64,000 nt of DNA, taken from Octopus sinensis. Lineage: Eukaryota. Shown piece after piece: positions 35,557 to 48,379 of this stretch (the stretch's first letter is position 1; each line of letters begins with the position of its first letter). The position numbers and the translations under genes are program-made. Below the pieces are notes generated by a model that ran no database searches, had not been told where the DNA came from, and saw only the letters and a program-made list of their open reading frames with translations. The stretch spans positions 3,224,001 to 3,288,000 of the forward strand of contig NC_043021.1 in NCBI RefSeq assembly GCF_006345805.1, read 5' to 3'.

Positions 35557-38500
35557 CTAGCTTGTTTGGTCGTTGGTTAGGGTAGATTCTGACTGAGTCT
35601 GTTGAAGGAGAGAGAGAATTGTGCTCGTCACATCTGCACGACTTTTAACCAGATTGTTAGCATCTTTAGTATTGTTCTTAGACTCGGCGCCTGTTTTCGG
35701 TAACCGAGGTACAGACTTCTTTTGCGGGCTTTTGTTTTTCTTCCACACTTTTCTTTTATGTTGAACCGAAGACTTTTTACTGAGCTTTTTCGTAGCCTCT
35801 TCTGGCTCCTTTCCTTTCCGTTTGCTTCCAGCCGTAGTCACATCTCCTGCAGACAGTGTCATAACCACAGTTGGGAGATGAGTCTGTTCAGGAGCATTTT
35901 CCTCCAAGAATCCATTTACACTTGGTGAAACTGGTTGAGGGCCATAGTTAGGTCTGGTAGAATCTGTCCCATGAGATTTCTGAACAGCCAATCCCGCATC
36001 CTCTGAGGTGGCATGCCCTTCAGCTTTATGTTCTTCTTGTTCATGTTTCTGGAGACAAGAAGAAAACCAAGTGACAAAGTTACAATGCTGACAATTCAAA
36101 TACTTCAGTCCTACATGAACACGCCAAATATGAATTTTGCAATCAACCCTCTGCTTGCAAGAATGCTCACAGAAAGGACAAATAAACTTCCCACTCTCAT
36201 CTCGAATAATAGACTCCTCGATTAGTGTCACTTCTTTTTCTGTGATAGAGTTTTTCAGTTCTTGATTATGACTTAAAACCATGTGTATGATTAATTCCAT
36301 TTTCTTCTTATAGGAAAATGAGCATAATTTACAAGTCTTTTTAGAAGGGACTTTTACTGATTTTTTCTTTTTTTTACTTTTTACAGGGTTAATCTCCTTT
36401 CCATCTGAACTTGGAGCTTTCTTATTACCAGCCGTCACTTCACCAGACTCGTCTTCTGTGGACTTCCTTCTCTCTGAATCTGATAAAGGCTTTGTCGTAT
36501 TTACAAATGGCTTGCCATTATCACCCATTGTAATTAATGGTAAGGGAAGAGGTTTAATGTTATGGTCTTTGAATTTATGCTTACGCCAGCAGTGAGAGCG
36601 TATCTTAGAAAGAGAGTAAAAACGGACGCCACAGTCCATACAGTTCCAAAGAGGCCAATGGAAGTGGTCACTGAGTAAATGCAAATGAATCTTATATACA
36701 GTGCTGAAAATTGAACAACACAACAAACACTTATATTTCCCCTGTTCGGTGGTAAAACATATTTTCAGTCGGCTGTTCAACATTGGTCCTCCAAGGCTTA
36801 TTTCATTAAACCAAGTTTCCTTGATGTTCGGTGATGATGGCTCACTAGAAGCCTCCTCCTCTGTTAATTTCTCGTTATCCAGGCTGCGTGCATTCTCATC
36901 AATATTCGGAGCAGCGGCCCCTTGGCATTCTGCTGAAGAAATGGCAGAACTGCTATTTACTTGGCAGTTGTTCCCAATTTCATTGAATAATTGGAACACG
37001 TTTCGCTCTTTGTAAGGAGGAGTTGTTACTTTGGGAGAAGCTGAGGCGCTTGTGTCCTTGTTATCAGATTTCGAAATCACAGAATTGTCAACTCTTTTAA
37101 GAACAATTTTCAGTTTGCGGACTGGAGGTTTCCCTGTAGCTTTTGTTTTATCTTTTCCAGTCTTGCGTTTAACATATTTCCTTTTCTTTGCTGGACCAGC
37201 TGTCGAGTTTGCTAATAATCTCTCTTTTCTTTGAATAGCTTTCCTCTGCTTTAAACTTATATTATCATCCAGGTAGCTCTGTAATGCAGCAGTTAATTCC
37301 TTTGCAGATTCTTTACCCATTACATTACTTTCATCAGTTTTACCTTCTTTACTGAATGAGTGACTAGTATCAAATATTTTTTCGTGTGTGGAATCGTCTG
37401 TAAATTCTGCAGTTTTTGTGGCTTTTGAAGAATCTGAATTGCTCTCAGATCTGACCAGTTTTTCATTGGCTTTATGTGCAGTTTTCTTTTCCGTATCTTT
37501 TGCATTTAATTTTTTCTCAGCACAGATTATTTGACTGGAGACAATGATCTGCCGTGGCTTCTCAGAGTGCTTCAATTTTATGTGGTTGAGTATACGGATT
37601 CGGCTGGTGTCTCTGGCATTGCAATGTGGGCAGTGGATGAATTTGAGCAGATTGGATTCAAAGTGTTTAATGAGACTGTTAACATCGGGATGACCCACTT
37701 TACAATATCTACATGAATACGTAGATTTCGATTGATGACAAAACTGGAGATGGTTCGAGAATTCAGCGCGAAGATTTGTTCCAAACTTGCAACTGAGAAT
37801 ACTGCACTGGTACAATAGAAACATCTTATTAGTTGCATGCAAATCCATGTGCTGCAATAATTTCTCACTGGTTTCTGCTTGAATGCTGCAATGAGCACAA
37901 GGGTATATGGTAGCATCGGAGTGGACTTGTGTAAAATGTTTTGAAAAGGGTTCGGGTGTCAAGCTGGAAAACTTGCAATCTTTTAAACCACAAACATAAA
38001 AGCCACCAACAGAAGAATGTTCATCGACAGATTTTGCCTCACAGCCTAAAGATTGATCATCTGTAATTGCTCTCCTGCTTTCTGAGCCATTAGTAGAAGT
38101 AGGGGGTACAGTGTCACTTACACCATTAGGGGAAACCAGATTGTAAGGGTCTTCTGTTGGAGCAGCAGTGGGAGTTTGAACACTGTTTTGTTCTGTGGCA
38201 TTTGGTGAAGTTCTAATACTCTCTGTTATAGAAATGGTTGAGGGAGCAGGAATGGATGAAGTGTTAATTGCTAATGTATAAGGGGGTGAATTATGGACAC
38301 CATCTGCTGAATAAGGGCCAGAGTCTATGTGAGGAGTGGAAGGAGTATGGATAGTGTCATTTGCTGATGTAGCAGCAGCAGTACAAGTACTGACTTGTGT
38401 AAGGTTTGTGGCAGATGAGCAAACACTATTCTCTTCTAAGACAGCGGGAAATGTCTTGGAACCGTTTCCTTCTTCAGTCACAGGTGAGCAAACACTGTCT

Positions 38501-41286
38501 TCTGTCAGTGTAGTAGTTGAAATACTGGTACTGCTTCCATATCCATTTTCTTTAATTGCTGTCACGGTAGCACCTGTACTAGAAGTAGTGTTATTAGTAG
38601 CAGCAGTGAGAGGAGGTGTCGTCTCTTGTTGACTTGATGCAGTATCTGCAGATGTAGAACTGTCAAAAGATACGGAGGAAGCAGATTGCCGAAGCAACAT
38701 TTCGTTGTCATCAATATCATCAATAACTATTACAGTATCAGAGTCAGAATTATCAGCAGTGAAATCTATGTGACTTTCTAAATTTACTTTGGGTTTTGCT
38801 GGTTTCAGGTAGTAGGTCTGTACTTTGAATGTAGTTTTTCCAGAAGACTCTTTCTTCCAATGAATTTCAACAGTTTTCGTCATCTTGTCGCTGTCGGGCA
38901 GGCAAAGCATGATGTTTCTCAAGATTGGACAATCAAACGTCTGCTCGTCTCCATGTGAGCAGAGCTTCTTCAACACATGGAAATGCCACATAATGTGAGA
39001 CTTGAAATGAGTTAGCGCTATGAAACGTTTACTACAGTCTAAACATATGTACTGATCAGATTTACAAATGAATGACATTTTTTCAAAGCCTTCAAATGAA
39101 CTTTTCTTGTCGTTTGGGTCTGTTTCTGAATTTGATTGACTCGGAACATTATCAACTTCGGTTAAGTTATCTGGAGCAGATTTCTTTTGAGAAAGAGGGG
39201 TATGAGAAAGAGATTGGTGTTTTTCTTTGTCTAACACAGCATTTGAACTGAAGCCTTGCACATCACTCAAAGCAGGTTTTTCACCACTTGAAATTTCTTC
39301 TGTGTTTCTGGTCTTTTTTAAACAAGTAAGTGAAACAGCTTCGGGAGAAGTGGTTTTAAGTCGGATCAGGTTTCTGCTGCCTTTATCGTAGTCCACATAA
39401 ATGCCACTGTCCTTTGAAGCTGGGCTAAGACGACCACTAAGATTTAGCTGGACTTCAGTTTTATCTTTGTTATAACGATTCATAAAATGTACAGAAAAGT
39501 GTGTCTTCCCAGTAGGAAGTACTTCCCAGCTTATGAAGAAAGGAATCTGAACGTTAAAACTACTGTCCAAAACTGGAATGCATGGTAAAACATTATTTAA
39601 AACTGGACAAGACCGCTTGGTTAAACAATTAGGGTATGTACAAAGATGATCATGCGAATGGAAATGCCAGAGTAGATGAGAAATCAGCAAGTCATGGGAA
39701 TACAGTTCTTCTTTACAATTCAAACATTCATAAACGTTTTGACATAAGATAATGGTGATAACACCTTTAGACTTCCTTCCTGTGTTGGGAACAGATTTAT
39801 CCGAGTGAGTTATCAAGGAACTTAAATCGGATGAATTAAAAACGGGCAAACGCTCTTGAGAAGAAACCAAAGGAGGGATGGTATCTTTGATGCTGAGTTT
39901 TCTCACTGAGTATCCAGAGTGACCATCACTTGGGATTATTTGGCAAACATCAGCTGGCTCAGCAGTATTTCCTTCCATAGTTACATATACTGTGAAAGTG
40001 AGGTTGTGTTTCTCATCTCTTTTCCAGCACAATTTCAGCTGCTTCTTCAGAGCATTATCCTCCGAGAGACACAGTACAATGTAAGCCATCAAACAGCAAG
40101 TTCTCCCTGGCCTTTTTTCAGTCGGGCTATCCAAATAGTCACACTGATCCATGCATGAAGAGCAAAGCGCTAATTGACATTCTAAATGCCATAAAACATG
40201 AGCATAAAATGATTTAGTTGATTCATAACTACTGTTGCAATCCTGACAAAAATATATACCATGACTTCCACTGAATACCAACTGATTTTGTTCTACGTTG
40301 GGGAATGTGTGATAGGAGTTTTGTGAATAGTTTTTGGGCAAAGAGGCTTCAGTGTTTCCATATACCGATATGCTTTTGGAGTCAGAAGAGAGATTTGTCT
40401 TGTGGGCACTACTGATAGATAAATTAAGTGGAGCATCATCTGAAATGGTGAAAACCTGATCAGTTGTCTCCATTGGTTTATTTGTTTTGCCACTGTCGTA
40501 TAGCCCAGCTACGTTGCCAACACCATGTTCCAATACAGAAGAGGAAATGACTTGCTTTGACTTCAGTTTTTCCCAGCTATAATAATCAGAATTATTAAGT
40601 TGCTGTGACACTGTATTCTTATGAGGACCGTTTCCAGGAGTATGCGATATTTTCTCAAAACCAAACACAGAGTTCGTCTCTAAAGATATAGAAGAATCTG
40701 AAGCAGAAGAGATTAATAGCCGAACTATTTTAGAAACAGTTGGACATTTTGATTTCTCGGTCAGAGAGTTGCAGTAGGGACAAAGATAATCTTTTGATGT
40801 GTTTCCATGGAGATGCCACCAAAGGTGTTTACGGAAAAGAGAAGCGCCACAAAATTTTTTCATACACTTTAAGCAGATAAAACTATTTTTCACATAAATG
40901 AAAGATACTTTGCGCTGTATTTTCTGCAAAGAAATATCATCTCCGATATACGTGGTGGAATCAGGTGACATGTTTGGTTGAACCGAAGTGTCGTGCGACT
41001 TGCGTACAAATCTATCTTTACATCCTTTGACGTTGTTTTCTTTCTTTGCCAATTCAGGAATTGAAATGCCTGATTTTTTAGCCGTGCCATCAGTTGTCTC
41101 TTTGTCTTTACTTGCTTCCGTTGGTAGCTCGGTAGTTTTGGCTAACTTTGATTCCATGTTACACACATCGTCGGAGTCTGCTTGCTTCCCAGTCTGTTTT
41201 TCCTCTGTTTCCATTCTGCTTTCATCAATGTATAGTTTTGGTTTCAATCTGATGTCTCTGTCACCATCATCAGCATCGTCATCATC

Positions 41287-41318
<32 letters not shown>

Positions 41319-41637
41319 TGTTCTTGTTGTTGTTGTTATTGTTCTTGTTCTTGTCATTATCCTTCTCGTTATCAGTTTTAGTGTTTTCAACCTGAGTTTT
41401 ATGAGCATTTATAATATGCGAATATCTTCTCTTCTTAATTGCATTCGTAGAATTGTATATGCTGTGAACTTGCTTCTTTTTTCCAACAGTCACACAACTT
41501 GAAATAACGTTGGTCAGTTTAGTAATAGAACTAACAGGAGGTCTTGTTTTCATTTTGACTTTAATGGCATCGGGTTCAGTGTTAGCATCTTTTTCTCTGT
41601 TATCTGCGGCAGCAGCAGACTGGAGAACATCCATCAT
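35557..41637 (-). CDS. Large multi-C2H2 zinc-finger protein (2026 aa), single coding exon
   Basis: Uninterrupted 6081-bp ORF with ~14 dispersed C-x2/4-C-x12-H-x3/4-H motifs (e.g. YPCAHC...HMDLH, FICPFC...HIWRVH) and no TGEKP linkers. Has basic NLS-like tracts, a poly-N/poly-D run and an S/T-rich region. An in-frame TAG lies 12 nt upstream of the ATG. No orthologue recognised. Confidence 0.93.
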
Positions 41638-42735
41638 ATCTGTACTCTAGTCAGTTGATTCACTGTTTACATAACTAAAGTGAAACCAGTCTTGAAGTTT
41701 TAATCTCTTAGACACACTTTAAATCCATGTTAACACAAGTCACAAACTGCTGTGTCAGACTATGATTATAAGGAAAAAAAAAAGGGGGGATAAAATACTA
41801 TTTCCTTTTCAAAGCTGTTTGTTCTAATGTTCGCTTGTGGACTCAACAGATATTACTGGGTACTAAATACTTTCTTTGAGCGATAGAAATCTTTTTTACT
41901 TTTACTTTTTTTTTGTTGTTGTTGTTGTTTTGTTTTTGTTTTTGTTAATGAAATTAAGAAATATGTTCTCTAATGGAAGTCTTTTTAATATCGAAGTTCC
42001 AGGTTCCAGAGAAGTGAAGTCAAATATCCAGGGTTGTGTCCGATTTCAAATGATCTTTCATAATCTAGAAAATACAGAAGCAGAAAAAAATAAAAAAATA
42101 ATATAATGAAAATCAAAAGATAAAATGAACATATCAAAAATTATACAACAATGAAAATTTCCTGCCTAATAACAGATTTTATCCTTAATAATATGAATAA
42201 GGCAGCACGCAGGCAGAATTGTTAGCATGCCAGAAAAAAATGTTCATCAGCATTTCTTCCAGCTGCTTATGTTCTGATGAAGGATCAAGTAGGTGTATTA
42301 GCTTGATGCTTGGGAAAAATAGGGAAGTCACTGACATTTTGAGCCTTGACAGAAAGGAATGAGAAGAAAAAAAAATGGGGAGAGAGAGAGAGAGGAGAAG
42401 GAAAAATGTATCTGGATTAATGGTTCCACTCACACACACATACACACATACATACATGCATACAAGGTTTCTTTTAGTTTCCCTCTATCAAATTCCCTTA
42501 CAAGACTTAAATCAGTCTGGAGCTATAGTAGAAGACACCCATGCAGTGAGACTGAACCTGAAACTATGTGGTTGGGAAACAAACTTTTAAACCAGCAGTT
42601 TTCAACTGGGGTCTGTATCACCCTTAGGGAGCCCGTATAAGGTTATACTTCTACATTACACAAAATAGTTTAACAATTTTTTAAAGTAAAATTTCCAATA
42701 ATATTTAGTTATAAAAATGTAATAAAATTATTTAA

Positions 42736-42956
42736 CCCTTTCGTTACCAACCCGGCTGAAACCGGCTCTGGCTCTTTAGTACAAATGTCTGGTTTTCAAA
42801 ATTTCTGAATTAAAACCTTCCACCAAACCTTAATCACAATTTATGTCCCTAACTCTAGCTTAATGATAACGATGTTATTTTACTTAATTCTTTGTTATAT
42901 TTAACATAATTGGAAGAAACAGAGAGCATCTCAAAATAAATTCAGTAACGAAAGGG
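42736..42956. mobile_element. piggyBac-like MITE, 221 bp, nested in a hAT-type MITE
   Basis: TTAA|CCCTTTCGTTAC ... GTAACGAAAGGG|TTAA, perfect 12-bp TIR. Confidence 0.92.
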
Positions 42957-43473
42957 TTAAGCATCGAATGGCTATGAGAGGGTTCACCCAAGTAAAATAG
43001 GAATCAAAGAGGTCCACAGATAAAAACTGGTTGAGAACAACTGTTCTACATGTCTGTTATAAACCAAAATAAAAGTTCAACCACAGAAGCCGACTGAGCT
43101 CTTCACCATCTTAGAAAGGCTTTTATCAAACTGACATGTAATAACTTGCTGCACAAGTTAACATAAAGATATCACTTCTCAAATCGGTCATGAAGTCATT
43201 GACACCTGAGAATTTGTAACTGAACAGTACAAGTGATATTTACTAATAAACTAATAATTGTACTATTTTATGGATTTAATGGAAATGGCAATGGAGACAA
43301 AAAGTTGATGGTAGTAAATACAAAACACAAGTTGTTGTTGTTTAATATCAATAAACTGGGTTTCCATGACAACTGGAAAAATACCAGGTGAGGGTAGAGG
43401 AACTAGAATTGACATCTTCAATTCATAAACTTTTGAGGAAACAGAATAAATCTCCTTTTCAATTGGTTCTCAA

Positions 43474-43862
43474 TCTCTCTATATATAAAGCTGAAGTTGT
43501 CTGTGTATGGCAGGTTTGGTAGCCTTCAACTAACACTGTCTCCTTCGAGACCCTGCAGTGCAAGTTGACCAAAATTGAGAGTATGATAGAAGAAGGCTTG
43601 CTCTTCCTTCCACAGAAGAAATTCAAATTGGACCATGTTAACACCAAAAATTATTAACATCAAAAAGGTGCTTTTTTTCTATGAAAATCCTTATTTTTTA
43701 CTATTTTTTTACTGCTGTGTCGTCATTTTTCAGTGTATTTCAACCAGAAAAATGTTCACTTAAAGAGAATAACAAGCTACATAATGCAAAATTTTTACTT
43801 TTCAAAAATTCCAATTCTAAAGGGTCGAAACAAACCTGAGCAACACCGGGCGATACTGCTAG
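43474..43862 (+). mobile_element. Non-autonomous Helitron-like element
   Basis: A|TCTCTCTATATATAAAG 5' end, GC-rich subterminal segment CCTGAGCAACACCGGG and CTAG|T 3' end, no TSD. Confidence 0.7.
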
Positions 43863-44512
43863 TGTACATATAAAGCTATAAATAATAGAACGTAAATATT
43901 GATTTCAAATTTTGGTACAAGGCCAGGAATTTCAGGGAAGGGATTAAGTCGATTACATCGACCCCTGTGCTCAACTGGTACTCATTTTATTAACCCTGAA
44001 AGGATGAAAGGCAAGTTTGGCCTCAGAACATAAAGACAGATGAAATGCCGCTAAGCATTTTATCCAGTGTGCAAACATTCATATATACACAAAAGCACAC
44101 AGATACACGCACACACATTCATACATAGACACACATTCACACACACACACAAACACATTCACACACACACACAAACACATATCCCTTTCTATTTGCTGTG
44201 TCCTAAATAAGCTTTTTATTAACTACAACTTGTTCAGTTACCTATGTGAGACTTGCTCCAAACTTTTAGGTCACCTCAGTATGTTTTTTTGTCATCTATT
44301 TCAGAGGTTTTTGACCACAAAGAAAAGAGGTGGGGATGGCAACATTCATGAAATATTTTATTATCTGGGTGACTTGTTAACAGACACACTTCTGTAAATA
44401 ATACGAATCCCATGCTAAACTAACCAATGACTGAAAAACCACCAGTTACCAAAATGAAGCGTCTGTGATACTCAGGTTTGAAATTGATAACTACAAGACT
44501 ACAAACTGATAT

Positions 44513-44909
44513 TCTCTTTTACTCTTTTACTTGTTTCAGTCATTTGACCGTGGCCATGCTGGAGCACTGCCTTTAGTCGAGCAAATCGACCCCAGGACTT
44601 ATTCTTTGTAAGCCCGGTACTTATTCTATCGGTCTCTTTTGCCGAACCACTAAGTGACGTGGACGTAAACACATCAGCATCGGTTGTCAAGCAATGCTAG
44701 GGGGACAAACACAGACACAAACATACACATATATATATATATATACGACGGGCTTCTTTTAGTTTCCGTCTACCAAATCCACTCACAAGGCTTTGGTCAG
44801 CCCGAGGCTATTGTAGAAGACACTTGCCCAACATGCCACGCAGTGGGACTGAACCCGGAACCATGTGGCTGGTAAGCAAGCTACTTACCACACAGCCACT
44901 CCTGCGCCT
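44513..44909 (-). mobile_element. tRNA-derived SINE, family A, full length
   Basis: Colinear with 23552-23966 in reverse. Confidence 0.9.
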
Positions 44910-45765
44910 ATGTATGCAACTAAACACAAAAAGAACAAGGAAAATGTGTATATGTTTTTTTATGTGTATCTACAAAGTGTCTTGACAGGAAACATCATCC
45001 TTTAACATCTGTTTCCCATACTGGAATGTGTCGGATGTTTGGAGAGTGGCTGGAAAGCCAGGGAACTGCATCAGACTCTAATGTTGGCTCTCCACAGCTA
45101 AATGTACAGTGTACAGGGTACTTTTTATGTGGCACCAGCATTACTGATGTTAGCAACTAACAGGAAGAGTAGTATTGAGAGAGGTAGGTTTATGCCAAGT
45201 GAGGAGAGGTTAAAGTATGACAGGGAGACAGGAACAGGTGTGTTGCTGTAAGGGAGATACATGGTTACCCTGGTTGCAACAGGAGACTGATGATGAAGAA
45301 GTTTCAGGGTATACCCTGAAGTTACAGGAAGGTGAATGAAGAGAATTGTTATGGGACCACAAAGAAGGAAACAAATAAAGTTTGTAAATATTGTGAACAT
45401 ATTCTGGGATGAATTTAATGATTGAGTTAAATGAGAGAAACCAAAATTAAAAGAATCACATGAATATTTTAATTTGAATGAAGGAGGGGCAAAAAAATAT
45501 GGTGTAGAAACGAAAACAAAAACAAGGAAGTTAATATATGTATTAATGAAGGATGTTTTTTTCCTGTTATTTTATTGACTAAATACATAATTATATATAA
45601 TCATAAGTAAATTACCAAATAAGTATATAAAAATCTGAAGAGCAGAGCACTGGCATGGATGGCTGTGCAATAAAGAAGCACACTTTGCAACTATGTGGTT
45701 TTGAGTTCAGTCCCACTGTGCAGCACCTTGGGCTTGGAACATGGATGTATGATGATGATATTACC

Positions 45766-45825
<60 letters not shown>

Positions 45826-45827
<2 letters not shown>

Positions 45828-46135
45828 GAGGCGCAATGACCCAGTGGTTAGGGCAGTGAACTCACAGTTGTAGGATCGTGGTTTCGATTCCCAGACCGGG
45901 CGTTGTGAGTGCTTATTGACCGAAAAAACACTTAAAGCGCCATGAGGCTCCGGCAGGGAGTGGTGGCGATCCCTGCCGTACTCTTTCGCCACAACTTTCT
46001 CTCACTCTTTCTTCTGTTGGCCTGCTCGCTTAGCCAGTGGGGTGGCATCATTTAAAGGCTAAAACAATGTGAAGCGCATTGTGACCAGCGATGTGTAGCA
46101 ACATCTGATAGCCTGGTCGGTCATGGTTATCACGG
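45826..46135 (+). mobile_element. SINE with family B head and a different 3' half
   Basis: GGAGGCGCAATGACCCAGTGG...GGTTTCGATTCCCAGACC shared with 20829. It diverges after ~190 bp. Confidence 0.8.
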
Positions 46136-47152
46136 TGATATATTTATATATATAGCACGAAGTACTGAAGGACAATCTCAGGATGCTGAACCTTCTGGAC
46201 AAGATGACAAAGGACTGGGAGACCTGATACCTTGCTGTTTTCAAGAAAATCCATCCTCCACGAGTCCTGTGATGGTGGTGTCATGTAAAAAACACTTGAA
46301 CCAGTGCCACATAAAAGCACTGATACCAGAGCTGTGTTAAAGGCACCCAGCACACACTGTAAAGTGGTTGGCATTAGAAAGAGCATCCAGCTGTAGAAAC
46401 CAAGCCAAATCAGACTGGAGGAACCTGGTACAGCTTGCCAGCTCTGGTCAAGCTGTCTAACCCATGCCAGCATGGAAAACAGATGTTAAAGGATGATGAT
46501 GATGATATATATATAAAATTTGAAATTCAACCCTAAAATCCGAATAACCATCAGCTATCTGAAAAACTTGAAAATCCTCACTTTGTTCTCAAACATAATG
46601 ATACTGTGAAAAACATCTGAGAGGATTCTTTGTAAAATAATAAACTGATGGCTGAAATATAAACACCAGACAAATAATTGGGCTAATCAGTGAGTCATGA
46701 TTGCCATTTAAGAGACAATTATCATAATTAACTAAAATATAAGCCTCAAAACAACAAGGTGATAAAACTAAATTGGCTGTCTGGTTTAACATTCCCATTT
46801 GACCCTTCACTGCTTTTAGCAGAGGCTATTTATTATGCTGGAAATATTTGGGTCAGTCTTAAGCTGGAATTATAGATAACTTTTAGGATATCTTAGATGT
46901 ATTACATCTTACTGGAGTAGCCCTGAGACACAGTTTCTCCTTCCTAGGTGTGGTAAGAAGTTTCCTTCCCAGCCATACGATTCTGGGTTCAGGTCCATTT
47001 AATGGTACCTCAAGCAAAGTGTCTTCAATTATAGCCTTGCGTCTACCAAAGCTTTGTGAGTGGATTTGTAAATGGCAACTGAAAGAAACTTATATATATA
47101 TTATAGGAAAAAATTATAGTGAACATTAAAATTGTGTATGTATGTATGTATG

Positions 47153-47199
<47 letters not shown>

Positions 47200-47302
47200 A
47201 TAATAACAAAGGGTAAAATTAATTAATTAAGAAGTAATCAATAAATTTCACGAAGTAGGATTCGGTATGAAAACAGGACCGCTAACATGGTAAATTTTAG
47301 TA

Positions 47303-47725
47303 ATACTAATAAAAAGTGTTCGGCAAAAGAATTGCGTCGCCGCATACCGAAGTTCAGAAATAGCAACCAAAATCTTAGCCATTTCTTCTACTTTAAAAAG
47401 GGTCTTCCAGAGAACTCAAAATACTTGAAGTTTAAACACACAGGCAGAGGGTAGTATCCATACTGATGAAGAATACGGTTGGTAAAGTATATATTTTTTT
47501 ATATTCTTTACGTAAGACCTAATTCAGAAACGCGCGTCCGTGGATGATCAGATATCGATTGATTTTCGTTTGCTTTACCCTCTGCCTGTGTGTTTAAACT
47601 TCAAGTATTTTGAGTTCTCTGGAAGGCCCTTTTTAAAGTAGAAGAAATGGCTAAGATTTTGGCTGCTATTTCTGAACTTTGGTATGCGGCGACGCAATTC
47701 TTTTGCCGAACCCTTTTTATTAGTA
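47303..47725. repeat. Inverted repeat with ~150-bp arms and a ~120-bp loop
   Basis: 47303-47453 is the reverse complement of ~47576-47725 with few mismatches. Confidence 0.92.
47456..47545 (+). ncRNA. Type-I hammerhead ribozyme motif with GUC site
   Basis: ATCCATA-CTGATGA-A-GAAT..extended stem II..ATTC-A-GAAA-CGCGCG-TC-CGTGGAT. Palindromic stem III ACGCGCGT, cleavage predicted after 47538. Confidence 0.75.
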
Positions 47726-48307
47726 TATATATATATATGATTCTATCTGACTACTACCTTTGCTTATACTGTCTTCTTCATAAGCTTATCCTCCTAGTGT
47801 TCAGAATTTTTCTGTCGTCTTGGCGTAACAGCCCTCAACGTTTGCTTTTACACCCTTAATGTAGTTCTCAGGGAGATTCAGAATGACACTGAATGCGACA
47901 AGGCTGGCCCTTTGATATTCAGGTACAACTCATTTTTGCCAGCTGGGTGGGCTGGGCTGGAGCAACATGAAGTAAAGTGTCTTGCTGAGGGACACAATGC
48001 ACTACTAAGAATTGAAATCAAGACCTTCTGATCACGAACCAAATACTCTATGCACCTTGTCAGCTAAAGAGACCAACAGAATAATAATATCGGACCAATT
48101 GAAACAATTAAAAGTTAAACGATAAGATTCCTATGATGTATGGGTCTTCTGAAGAAGAGCTACTCCAAAACTCTACCACCAACTCCACAATCAAGTTTCA
48201 ATTACTATAAACAGTTGCTTCAGTTCATTCACATTGCTATAAATAGCTTTCATAAATTGCCAGGCATGAAAATCGCACACATATCTCTTTATCTGAAAAA
48301 CCTGTCC

Positions 48308-48379
48308 CTGAGAAAAGAAAAAAGAAAAATCACACAATATTCAAACACTTGTATATCATAAAAGATTAGATTTACTCAC
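48308..48379 (-). other. Candidate 72-nt intron between probable 5'-UTR exons
   Basis: Minus strand GTG|GTGAGTAAATCTAAT...TTTTTCTTTTTTCTTTTCTCAG|. Flanking sequence has stops in most frames. Confidence 0.5.
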
